A stretch of 64,000 nucleotides of DNA from Vicugna vicugna (lineage: Eukaryota), in assembly GCA_013265495.1 (NCBI GenBank), contig MU058879.1:5632468-5696467 (forward strand), in the 5' to 3' direction. Made by a program: the position numbers and the translations under genes. Positions 50,949 through 62,688 of this stretch are shown here, in pieces. The notes under the pieces were generated by a model that was given only the letters and a program-made list of their open reading frames with translations, was not told the origin of the DNA and ran no database searches. Position 1 is the first letter of the stretch. Every line of letters begins with the position of its first letter.

Positions 50949-51361
50949 TGTTAGGTAGTTTCGATAGACATGAGCACTGGGCAGGGGAGAAGAAGAGGAA
51001 AGGAACTATTCGGAAATGTTTACTTTCCCTAAATGAGGGCCAGTAAAAGAAGCCAGTTAAAATCAAAGCACTGCAACTGAACCTGCCCCAAAGGGGATGG
51101 TCATGCCAGGGCACAGGGAACCTGAGATGTCAGTCAATCATGAAACCGGGATATAAAGACAGGAAAAACAAAGGAATGGCGCCACTTTCCCCTCTTGGAT
51201 CGGCCCACTCCCAATTCTCAGGAGTGTGCTATCTTTTATTTTTTTTTTTTACTTCACTAATAAAAATCTTGCTTATATCACGATTTTTGTCTCTTGTCAA
51301 AAATTCCTTTTTTTAGTGACTAAGAACGGAGGTAATTCTTATTTCCCTTTTCCCAGTAACA
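50949..51361 (+). repeat. 3' LTR
   Basis: tgttagg...cccagtaaca (TG...CA); TATAAA 51152-51157; AATAAA 51259-51264. Confidence 0.95.
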
Positions 51362-51590
51362 GAAAGAGAAGACAGGTTTTGGGGACCAGACAAGACAGAG
51401 TGAGACGCTCATTAACTGTGTAAACTTGGCTGAAATACCTCCCCCGCTGGGGCCTCAGCCTTCCTCATCAATACAATAAAGCCAATAGTAGTCACCTTGC
51501 CAGATGGTTTAAGAGTTGAGATTTTGTAGGTAAAGCACTCAGCACAATGCCCAATAAATACCAAGTGTTTAATAGTAGGGAGCTACTTAT
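51362..51590 (+). mobile_element. MIR SINE split by the provirus (head at about 46285-46303)
   Basis: Left flank gaggatagtg and right flank gaaagagaagacaggttttggggaccagac...actgtgtaaacttggc...gcctcagccttcctcatc...gtaaagcactcagcacaatgcc rejoin into a MIR. Confidence 0.65.
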
Positions 51591-53724
51591 ATTTATATCT
51601 GAAATATTAAATTACATTTACCATCAGCACAGACTTGTGGAAAATGAGATTCAGTAGTATTCATGCCCCAAAGCAATCTGTCCCCTACTAGGAGAATTTC
51701 AAATGTCAGCAAACAAGAGAGGAGAAAGTCTTGTTTCTAACAGAAGGAGATATGCAATAGGTAAGTGACTGAAAAATTAAAACTACATTAAAATGGAATA
51801 AATCAATCTATCATCAAGTATAAATAGTTGATACTAGATTCTTCCCAATTTTTAATTTTACCAGGGAAGAGGAAGGATAGTAAAAGCAGAGAAATAGAAG
51901 AAATAACAACCTGGAGAAGAAAGGATACTAGAAAGAGGAGAATTAAGATGCTTAAGTTAACTTTAAATGACTAAAATAATTAAAAGATAAATTTAGAGGG
52001 AAAAAATGGGAAGCAATAGTTTTTTGCAACATTATAAAGACTGCATTCCTGTTCTATAAATTTTCTTGATTGAAACAACCAAGACACTAGATAAAATATA
52101 AAAGAATTATTAAAACGTATTACAAGCCGGCATGATGATATTAAGTATTCCATTGAACTAAAAACAAAGTAACAAGATCCTGGAGTGAAGCAGATTCCAA
52201 ATTTGGCTTTTGCACCAGAGTTTCTGCCAAGCTTTGGAAACCTTGGGCTTCATCCTTGACAGATACAGTGAGAGCAGCAGATAGGAGACAAAATCAAAGA
52301 TAGTTCACGATGAGGGATCTCACAGAAGATGTCTGCATTAAATGGAATTTCAAAGGTCTCTATTATCAATGTAAAAGTAAATTTGAAATAAAATATGCCA
52401 CATACTAGAGACTAGCAAAGAGAATTTCTTGCCTAATCTTGGTTCTGGCTAGAGGAAATCAAAAATTTCTCTTGATAGTTTGTAATTGAAACTGGTGCAC
52501 ATAGAGATTAGTGATTCAAATCTGTGTTACCTAAATGATCATGGAATAAAAACGTGGGTAATTTATGTACTATAAAGTAATCCAGAGTTGGTAGTGCCAA
52601 CAGGTAACTGCCAGAAGCAAATATAAGTCTTCTTTAGAAAAATTAAAATTCTTAGAGAATAGCACTAAATCTATAAGGACTGAGGAAAATAGAACACACA
52701 CAGTAAAAAAAGAAAGAAAGAAAGAAAGAAAGAAATTATAAAACAAACCTGAGGAGAAGACACTATGAATAAGAATCAGGAGAAACAACAAAATAAGATA
52801 TAGGCCTGTAAGAACTTCAGAAGTTGACAGTCACATAGAGGCTAGAGAATGAATTGTTTAAATCCAATCATCTATCTAATTTTTTTTTAAAAAGCAGAGC
52901 ATAAAAATTGATCTGTGAATGAGAAATTTAAAAGAATGACCAAACATATTTGAAAAAGAATCAAAATAGAACTTCTATAAATGAAAAATATGATGATTTA
53001 AATTAAAGGAATCAATGGGTACTTTAAACAAAAGAATAGAGCACACTGAAGAGAGAATTGGTGAACTGGAGGTGGGTTTTTTGTTTGTTTGTTTTTTAAA
53101 GTCTCCAGAATGGACTCTAGAGGAACGATGAAATATAAAATATGCACACATTGACAACTAAAAGGAGACAATGTAATCAAGGTTCCAGATGGAATTAATA
53201 AAGAAAATAGGAAAGAAGCAATATTCAAAGAAATAATGGCTGAGAAATGTCCAGAATTGATGAAACAATACTAACGATCCTATGCAGGAAGTTCAAAGAA
53301 TCCCAGATGGGAAATTTTGAGGACAGCACACCTGCATAAGGCAGAACGAAAGTGTAGGGTCCAGAGTGAAGCAAGAGAACCGACGTGCAACCAGAGAAAA
53401 ATGGCAGCTCCTCTACAAAAACACAAGGCAATTAAACTGATGGCTGACTTGTCCATACCACCAATAGACGCCACAAACAGTGGAATAATGTCCTCAGTGT
53501 TTTCAGAGATAATAACTTCCAGCACCAAGTTTTAACTATGTTGAAACATGGAAGGAATCTTTCAAACACTGGGAAGGATAAAAGAAATAGATATTCTTAA
53601 AAAAAAAAAACTGATATTTTTACAGCAAAAAGACTTCACTAAGGTCTTACAAAAGATCTTCTTTCAGCTGAAGGAAATAGAGAAAGAAGAGTTTTCTTCT
53701 CACTCCAAGAAGCGAGAAGAAAAA

Positions 53725-54134
53725 TGTTGACTTGGACATTTCTTGTGTGCCTCTTCAAATTCTCTCGGCCATACCCTTGAGTGCAGGCACAGCTGCCCCA
53801 GCCACGCCTGCGTGCGCGCTTCAGTCACCTTCGCGCAGCTGCAGCCTGACAGCACTGCGTCTTTTACCTCCCGCCTGGGAGTTCTCGCCCTGCGACTAGC
53901 AAGTGATTGATGTCTGAAAGAATAATCAGGGCTTTTGACCAGCAGGAACTGAAGCCAATGAATAATGTCCCCGACTTCTTCCCCAAAGTGGACAGTCTGA
54001 GGCTCATTTAGTAAGGTTCATCTCATGGTTCTAAAAAATTGTGCACCCAGTCACCTCTAATAGTGGTTCAGTCAACGACCCATCTTTGTGCTGGCTCTGA
54101 CAGGCTCTCTTTCTGGGGAAACCAAGCTAATACA
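53725..54134 (+). mobile_element. ERVL-type (LTR16/LTR33-group) solo LTR nested in the L1 fossil
   Basis: TG...CA boundaries (tgttgacttggacatttcttgtgtgcc...ctttctggggaaaccaagctaataca); GC-richer than the flanking L1. Confidence 0.55.
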
Positions 54135-54459
54135 ATGCTATGTAACACAATAATCATCATAATAATAACAACAACAACAACTGATTTGTGAAGGAGCCAG
54201 GTTGAAAATATTTCAAAGCAATGCCTTCTGAATTCCTTTTAGTCCTTAAACAATGAGTAAAATAACAAACAACTCTAGGTTTGGTTAAGTATGTATTTTA
54301 CAATAGCTATGAAACCACTAAAAGAATAGACATAAACTGTATAATTTTGAAAGAAAGAAAAAGACAAGTAAGATTGCAGGAGGAGTGACCAGAACAGGTT
54401 GAAAACTCATCCAATACACAATAAGGCAATAAAGGAACAGGAAAAAAGTAGCAGATGGA

Positions 54460-54730
54460 TACGCGTCCTTATACATTTGTCCAAACTCACAGAATCTACA
54501 ACAGCAAAAGTGAACAATCATGTAAAATGTGGACTTTGGGTGATTATAATGTGTCAATGTAGGTTCATCAGTTGAAACAAATACATCACTCTGGTCGGGA
54601 ATGTTGGTAATAGGAGAGACTATGCCTGTGTGGGAACAGGGGACGTATGGGAAATCTCTGTGTCTTTCCCCAAATTTTTCTGTGAACCTAAAACTTCTCT
54701 AAAAAAAGTGAAGTCTTTAAAAAAAAAAAA
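54460..54730 (+). mobile_element. L1MC-type 3' end with polyA, nested in the older L1
   Basis: ttatacatttgtccaaactcacagaat...gtggactttgggtgattataatgtgtcaatgtaggttcatcagttg...tatgggaaatctctg...tctgtgaacctaaaacttctctaaaaaaag, A-tail. Confidence 0.85.
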
Positions 54731-57519
54731 GAAAAGAAAAACAGGACAAACAGAAAGGGCAAAATAAGAAAAGGAAACAGTTCAAGTATACTAATACAGT
54801 ACACATTGCCTAAGTTCTCCAAGTAAAATTCTAAAATCATACCAATTAAAATCCAGATAAGCAATTTACATGAGACATTCCTAAAACATAAGACACAGAA
54901 AGTGAGGCATTAATAATAGAAATAAGAAAACCAAGCCTGAAATAAACTAAATAATATGCCCAAGGTCACAGGTTTCCAGTGCTTTTTTCCTGATCCTCGC
55001 AGCCAATTGTTCCCATTACGTCCTGCCAGCTACTGAGGGTAGGGCCACTGTTTTCGTCATCTTTCTGCATCTGCCATCCAGTGTAGCAACAAAACAGCGT
55101 CTGCTGGATTCATGAAATCAGAATTTAAGAGTGCGCAATCCATCAGAAACATGTTGCGCATTCTCAAAAAGAGCAGCAAAGTTTCATATAATTTATGAAG
55201 ATTGATGTGTTCTGATATTTCTAACATAATAAATGAGCTTTATTTCTCCCCAGAGGATAAAATCAAGGCAACGCTCAACCTAGGAAATGTCTGCCTGTGT
55301 GGTCATTTTATAAGGTGACAGGCAGGGCCACGAAAGATGGCTTTCATTCATTCATTCTTCTCCTTATATGTCTGTGCCGGACACTACGTAAGCATGTGGA
55401 TACGCTGATAAATAAGAGAGACACAATTCTTGCCCTTTTGGAGATGGCAGATTAGTTGTCATATTGCAAAACTCTGGAGTATTTTAAATTTAGATTTGTT
55501 TAAAGAGTTTAATTTATTTTAAATTATATTACTTTTAGGAAATTCCTTTACCACAAAGTAACATTTCAGCTAGCCTTAATTTATTAACCAAATAATCTTA
55601 GACACATCATTCAGTCAGTTAGATCATTTGCTGCTCTGAGTCTCAAGTTTCTTATCTCAAAGTTTGGAAACAGTCCCAGCGTCTCACTGTGACAATGATC
55701 TGAGCTGCTGTACCAGGCATATTGATGTTCAATGAACGCCAGTTCTCTTTAGAACCAAGTTGTTACTACCATGCCCAAATCTAATATGTACCGTATCCCA
55801 TGTGTAAATATTAAGCATTATGCAGTCCAGGAATCAGGTTTCAGAACAAAGGAGCCATCAAGATGCAACAAGATTGTTATTTATTAGAAACAGGTTTATT
55901 GAGGTTCAAACAGGAATGTAATGTATGTATATTTATTCATACTCTGTATCTATTACATAGATGGTGTACGAGCCACTATAATTTGAATAATCTACTGGCA
56001 TTTACTTGTAATAATGATCCTATTTTATGCTGTATAGCTAACGCATATAATTCAGGGTACTGCCTCCACCTCCCCTTAAAAAGCATATGATCCAATGAAA
56101 ACTTACAAAGCACTGTTTTGACCATTATTTCCAAGCTCACCCTTAACCTAAGCAGATGGAGAAATGTATTATTGGATATGCTGCATAAATCTAAAGACTT
56201 TGAAATTAATAGAGACCTGTTTGCCACAGGATACGGCTACACCTAATGGGCTATTAAAAAATGATTAATGTCTGTCCCAGTGGGCCAGCAAAGAGAAGGG
56301 CCATGATTGTGCATAAAAATGAAGAATTAATTCGACCTATCATGGCCACAAAAAGGGCTAGTCCAAGTTGCAGACCACTGACTATGGGAAGAGGCTAAAA
56401 GCTTTAGCTGGCTTTATTTATTAGCTTCTAAAAAACAACATTTTTTAAAGAAAAAAAAAAAGCGGAGTTTACTAGGACGAGCTGTGTGTTTGGGCTTGCT
56501 GCAGTGGCTCAATCTTTCAAAGTTAAGTGCGATTTTGCCTTTGATTCTCCATGTCAGTGTGCTGTAAGTCAATTGCACGAGAGGAGCATTAAACAGCACC
56601 TTTGGGGAAAATACTAAACTCCTGAGGATGTTGGGATGAAAGATGCTTTGTAATTGCAAGAATTTATTATTAATTATTATTATTCAGAACCTCATTTTCC
56701 AATATTTGCCATTTTAGATGAACAATATAAAGCCATCTCTGCCTTCCAGAACACGAACGGAAGAGGCCTGAAATATTACAAAGTGTTGTGTCTTTACTCT
56801 TCTGTATTCAGGGCCACATATGAATAGATTATTTCTTTCTTCTCAGCAGCTATAAGATGAGCCATTAAATCTCTCAGATAGTTTGGATGCCCGAGTAGTT
56901 GAATGAAACATTTTTTAAAATTCAGAATCTTTTTCTGTTGTTTCTTTCACAACACTCCCTGTCTAGCTTCATCTCAAGGATTACTGATTATTCACTCTCA
57001 TTAGTAGCAGTACTTACTAAATACTGTCAGTCAAATAATGAACATTTCCGGAAGCCACACCCGCTAGAATAAATTGTGGAGGCGACAAGAAAATTGATCA
57101 TGACAGTTACAAAACTAAAAACACACTAGCTAAATATCTTCTTTGAAATCAATGACTGAAGATGGTTAAATACATTAATTTTTAACTAACAATTTTAGGA
57201 AATGAGAGGGCCAATCAGAGCTGTTTCTAGTGTTAACGGTAAATTACTAAATCCAAACGTGTATTCAACTACACAAACATCGCATATACTCCCGCGAAAG
57301 AATTCCTGTGGAGAGTTGGAAGCTAGGGAAAGGGAAAGAGTTCTTGAAAACGCCAAAATGCTTTACTTTAGCATTTATAGGTGCTCCCTTCTACCGACCT
57401 TGGTTATTTCAATCTTTAGTTCACACGTTTCTGTGTTCATGGGGGATGGAGGACTACACACACAGCTCTTTAATGTGCTTGACTCTTGATATATGTATAT
57501 ACCTTATTTAACCTACAAG

Positions 57520-57960
57520 AACCCTAGGAACCAGCTATTACTATTAGCCCCATTTTACGAATGCCTGTAGTGAAACTAAACAAACATTCAGTAATTTGCC
57601 CAAAGTCACATGGCTGAGAAGTGATAAAGTGAGATTTTCATGCACAGATCGGATTAACACCAAGCCTAGAAATATTCATTCATTCATTTTGTCGAACACC
57701 TACTATTTTCCTGCTTGCATACTGAGAATGCAAATAGTTGTGAAACAACAGTCAGTGCCCTAGGGAGTGGAGAGCTCCATCCTGGGATGCCTGTAGGAGG
57801 TAGAAGTGTTGATGCCTCCAGGCAAGGAGTAAAGAGGGAGGGTGGGTCAGATCAGACAGCAGAGAAGGTGAAATTGAACCTGAGTCTTCGAACTTGAGCA
57901 GCTGCAGCCAGACAGGCCAAGAGGAGAAGGCTTCACAGACAAAGGCAGATTAGCCTGAAA
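57520..57960 (-). mobile_element. MIR (about 57520-57670) followed by an L2 3' end (about 57680-57960)
   Basis: ctattactattagccccattttacga...taatttgcccaaagtcacatggctg; attcattcattcattttgtcgaacacctact. Confidence 0.65.
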
Positions 57961-58427
57961 ATTTAAATTTAGGAGAAATTTCTAGAATATAAGATTTAAA
58001 GAGGCGTATGTGTAGTTGGGAGTGAATTCACAGGTTGGATTAGGTTGGTGGCAAAAAGTTAATTTTTTTTTTAGATAAGAACTTGAGAAAGTTCTCAAAT
58101 GTCCTTTCCACGTAAAGAAGTAGACTATTCATGAAGCCTGGATATCTGTATGAGAAAAAGCAAATAAAATCAATCATCCAGTGAAACTGGTCAAAGCTGA
58201 AGTTAGAAAGCACTGTCCACATGGGCAGTTGAAGCAGACTGATCTTCTCATAGCAAACTTGGATCTACTGACCCGCGAGGTCTGAGCACAGATTCCCAGC
58301 ACAGTGAACCCTGAAACTTTAGCAAGGGCTGGACTGGCTTTGGGGGAGTCACTTGGGTTGTATGAACACATTACTAGAACCGAGGAAGATACGTAAAGGT
58401 GGTCTAAAGTGTTGCATTCCTATTTCT

Positions 58428-58610
58428 TTTTTTTTTAAATTTATTGACTTTTAAAAACTTCTTATTTTTGGTTTTATTTTGGGGGGGAGATAATTAGGTT
58501 TATTTATTATTATTTTTTAATGTAATGGAAGTACTAGGGATAGAATCCATGACCTCATGCCTGCTAAGTGTGTGCTCTACCACTGAGCTACACCACCCCC
58601 CCGCCCCCAT
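58428..58610 (-). mobile_element. Vic-1-type camelid tRNA-derived SINE
   Basis: Reverse head gtactagggatagaatccatgacctcatgcctgctaagtgtgtgctctaccactgagctac; ggggagataattaggtttatttat tail; perfect 12-bp TSD attcctatttct at 58416-58427 and 58611-58622. Confidence 0.9.
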
Positions 58611-59329
58611 ATTCCTATTTCTAGACTCTAAGCCACTTCCTCTAAAGTGTGCAAAGAGCATCTCAGCACAACACTAGCTACTCGGTGACATGCCCGAGAG
58701 CCAGTTCTGCAGAGACTGTCCGCAGTGTCCTGCAGGACTCCCTCCTGGTCTTTGAGCTCAGCCTATGCGTTGGCAGGTGACAGCAGGAAAGAATGAGCTG
58801 CGGTAGCCTGATTAGGATGCTCTGAATGGAACTCCAGATTGGACGAAACCTCTGACAGATTGACTCAGTTGGCTCCATGGGGTTCTTACCAGAAGCTGCA
58901 GCAACATTCTCTCCAAATACCATGACTACCGACCTCTGATGCGATTCCCAGGGGCCTGCCCGAGCGGGCCAGGCATTGGATAGAATTCACATTAATGAGC
59001 TCCAGCCTCTGGGTTTTCAGGTAAACCACTGAGGAATACGCTTTGTTCTGGGGCTGGGTGGCAGGGGGATGCAAAATGAGCTGCTTTTTCACTTTCCATT
59101 TTCTTTTAAAATCTTCTGCTGTGCAGATGAATCCAAAGATGAAGAACGGTGAGCAACAGACTGACATAACAAACCTCCCAAATACATATTCATAATCATA
59201 TGATACCCCAAAGTGGGGATTGGGCCACCAATCACATTACATTCATGCAAACTTGGCAAGGATTGTTCAGTTTACCTTGAATGCAACAGACCTCAGCAGT
59301 TCACCAGGAAGGTTTGTTTCCATTGCGTG

Positions 59330-59455
59330 TCTCTGTCTCCATCTCTGCCTCCCTTGCCTCTCTCTGTCGTCTCTCCATTTCTCCCTCTCTACCTCTATTT
59401 TTATCTTCTCTTTGTCACTCTGCCTTCCCTGGCCTCTCTTTCTTTCTCTCACTGT
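59330..59455. repeat. CT-rich low-complexity tract
   Basis: Degenerate (tc)n/(tctg)n. Confidence 0.7.
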
Positions 59456-62400
59456 ATGTTCAACTTCTCCAGAATGCTGCTGTAACCCTCCGAGATGTAT
59501 CTAGGTTTATGTCATTGGAATAACAGCTTCATTTGATGGAAAGTCTCCAGTAGGTTCTTGACCAAAGTAGGATACTTATTCTCAGAATTAAACCATTTCC
59601 AGCAATAAAATGAGCCTCAGACACAATTTCCTTTTACGGCTCTCTAAACATCAAAGGAAACAATCTATGACAACGAATTTTTGTGTCAAAAGATAAAGAT
59701 GTTGATCAATCAGTCCCCAAGCCTTCGCTTTTTTTCCGAGTAGTAGTTCTCCGTGCCGGTCTCTTTTGCTTTCTTTGGAAAGGTGGACATTTGCAACCTG
59801 ACAATTGTTTCCCACTCATGAGAAAGAGCTTTCTTGAGCTGCACACTTGACGTATTTAAAAAAATAATAATTAAAAATGTTCTTAAACGTGCCTCTTAAA
59901 CTTTATGAATGAACCCATTAGACATCTAATTCTGTAGTTGCTGAAAAACAGGTTTGTAATGAACTATTTTATGCCCCTTACATAACTTAAAATTCCACAG
60001 ATGCAGTTTTCAGCAAAGCTTTGACAGACCCGTCGGTATGTGCTGCATACATTGGATTGCATTCATTTTACATATTCAGTCACAGGTACATTCCAGTATT
60101 TTGATATTTTCTGCGTTGGTTTGAAAGAGCTTTTTATTATCACAGAGTCATCTCACCAGTAAATATTTATAGGCAGTTTCATCTCTAGTTTAGGGTTTGA
60201 GCATTGTATCTTACAATTCCTAAAATAGGCATTGTTGATTTGCTATTTTAGCTTTTGATAGAGAGTGTGTTTACGGCACGGCTGTGGGAGGTTTTTTCCT
60301 TTAATAATTTACAAAATTACCTGCAGTAAAATCTTCACCTGTTCTTTGTTTTCTTAGCGCCACAAAATTGGAATTACATATAAAATCTTTCCTCCAGGAG
60401 ATTTATGTCTACCACGGAAAGAAAATCTCCACTTAAATTTTTATGAAACATCAAAATTACGGTCTGCTTTAGCAAAACAATACAAAGGAGCATTTTGTTG
60501 CATGAGGAGTATTTCCAATATTTGAGGACATCATTCTTTATCTCCCGTTTAATTTTTGTTTTCCTGTGGCAGCTTCTTTTTGGTTTCATCAATTCCCCTG
60601 CTTGTATGGGTAGCACGTGCTAATTTGTCTTTTGTTACGGAAATTTCCAGTGCCAACCACCGAGGCTAACTCCAGCCAGGAGACAGGCCTCATGGATAGC
60701 ACTGCTATGCACAGTTCAATTTGAAGTTGTTACATAAAAGGACTGATGGCTGGTTGTTTCTTCTCCCCAGGACTGACCACCCCATCCCTGAAGAGGGCAG
60801 TGGTCCCCGCCCGGCGGCCCTGATGCAGCTGTGCGTGAAAGCAAAGTAGCCCAAATGCTGTCCTTCACTTGATTTGAACTTAAATCTCTCTTTATTGAAT
60901 TATGTGTTTTAATAAAGGGTTTATATAACATCCTCAGAGCAGTTATCAATTAATTGCCCATGGAAATTTAGGGGATGTTACACGGCGGTAGTTACTATAC
61001 CCAGGGTGTTAGACATATGTTACATAAAAGATGCAGTCACCTTGAAATTATATTGGCAAGGCTGCCTTTTTTCCTATAGAATCTTATATATTCTAATGTG
61101 AAAATTGAGTTAAAAACCTATTAGGAAATGGGAATGGTGTGTTCCAAATGGTTTAAGTTGGGTTTATAGATATTTCCAATAAGCTCAATAGAAATTTAGG
61201 AAATTGTGCCCACTGCCTGGGAAGTTTCTTAATTTTTTTAGGACTTTTCTGCCTGCCATAGATTGGGTTTTGTATTTCAGAGAGCAAACAGGCTGCTCGT
61301 TTAGAACCATGGCCCCACCTGAGCTCACCCCTGGATTCACCCAGAGCCACTGCAGACACAGCTCAGGCCAGGGGAGAAGCTGTGCATCCCTCCCGGGAGG
61401 TGACATTCCAAGTCAGAAAGCTTTGTCCCCATGCACAGCACCTGAGTGCAGGGGCCAGAGAGGGCAGAGAAGAGTGGATAATGTGGGGAAGCAGATGAAC
61501 GGTGACAAGGAGCCAGGACACGACTGATGGAGAAGTGAAGAAAAGAGATCTTCCAGGTTCAGAACAGTGAGGGCAACCACGGGTCACAGCAGGGTTACGG
61601 GGGTGGGGGGCAGAGAGGAGGTCCAGCCGGCCCGCAAGTCAGAGACAAAGCCGCCCCCAGGGTTAAAAGGACCGTCCCACTCAGTACCTGCCCTGAGGAC
61701 AGCGGAAACTCCAGCCTCCCATCTCTCCCTGTCTGGGATAAAAGTTTACCTCATTTTGGGAACATAGGGTGGTGGTGGTTGCATTTTTTTAAGCTTATCA
61801 GGGATAAAACTTACCTTTCTTCCTGGCTGAAGGAATTAAAGAGTCGCATTACCTATTTCTGAAGCTATACTCTGAAATGTTCGAAAACCCAAGCCATGAC
61901 TTCGGGGCATTGTACTACGTTGATTTTTAGAAAAATTACCTCCTTAGTTATCGTTTAGTTAAAGAAATACCAGAAATCAGTAAAATGTTTCCATTTAGCT
62001 AGTCATTAAACGAATCGAAATAAAAGGTGAATCAAAAATTTCACCCTCCTACACTGCTACTATGGAGCCAGAAGTAATCCATTCACGCAGTCAGCATTCA
62101 GCTTTGGATTCATCCCTGGAGAGTCACTGTCAGGAAACATAAATAAAGGACACGGCCCCTGGGCTCCAGCGGAAGGGGAGAGGCAGGAGTGAAAACAAAT
62201 GATTAGGATCCAGGTTGGTAAGCGATCTACCAGGGTGCCTTGAGAAGCGGTGCGGACGGCGAGAGGAACTCACTCCACAGGCAAAAGCTGCTCAAAGGAA
62301 GCGGGGATCACAGCCGAGCCCTGACAGACGCACAGTTCCAGAGGTGGAGGCGTGGGAGGATGACACTCCCGGGAGAGGACACACACAGCACGTAGCCACC

Positions 62401-62680
62401 CCCGGGGTCCATTCTCCCTCCAGCTGTGCTTGTGCAAGGCACCTGCTGTGACGGCGTGTTGGTCTCTGGCTCACGTGTCTGAGGGTGGCTAGGATGTTGA
62501 GAAAGCCCAGACTTTTCTTTTCTGGGAGCCAAGATTTCCTCTGAAAAATCCAATGTCTCTCACTTGAGGGTGAATATTAGAAGTGCTGGAGAACCAGGAA
62601 TACCATAGATTTTGACAAAAAAAAAAATAATCTTTTTCATCCAAGGCTTACTTTGCCCTATGAGAATTTGGGTCGCTGAG

Positions 62681-62688
62681 TGACGTCA
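62681..62688. promoter_or_regulatory. perfect palindromic CRE (TGACGTCA)
   Basis: Exact match; a half-CRE TGACG at 62792 and two consensus donors lie 100-130 bp downstream. Confidence 0.3.

Larger units (their letters stand above)
46304..51361 (+). mobile_element. defective gamma-like (class I/ERV1) provirus, HERV-H/F-W-related, tRNA-His PBS, ~5.06 kb
   Basis: Two homologous ~415-bp LTRs, PBS, gag/pro/pol/env remnants in the correct order, PPT, and flanking gaacg/gaaag (probable 5-bp TSD). Confidence 0.95.
52030..54900 (+). mobile_element. ancient L1M/HAL1-type 5' region and ORF1 fossil with nested insertions
   Basis: agaatagagcacactgaagagagaattggtgaactggagg; gaagcaatattcaaagaaataatggctgagaaatgtccagaattgatgaaa (EAIFKEIMAEKCPELMK, ORF1p-like); gcaattaaactgatggctgacttgtcc...cagtggaataatgtcctcagtgt. 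Confidence 0.7.
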
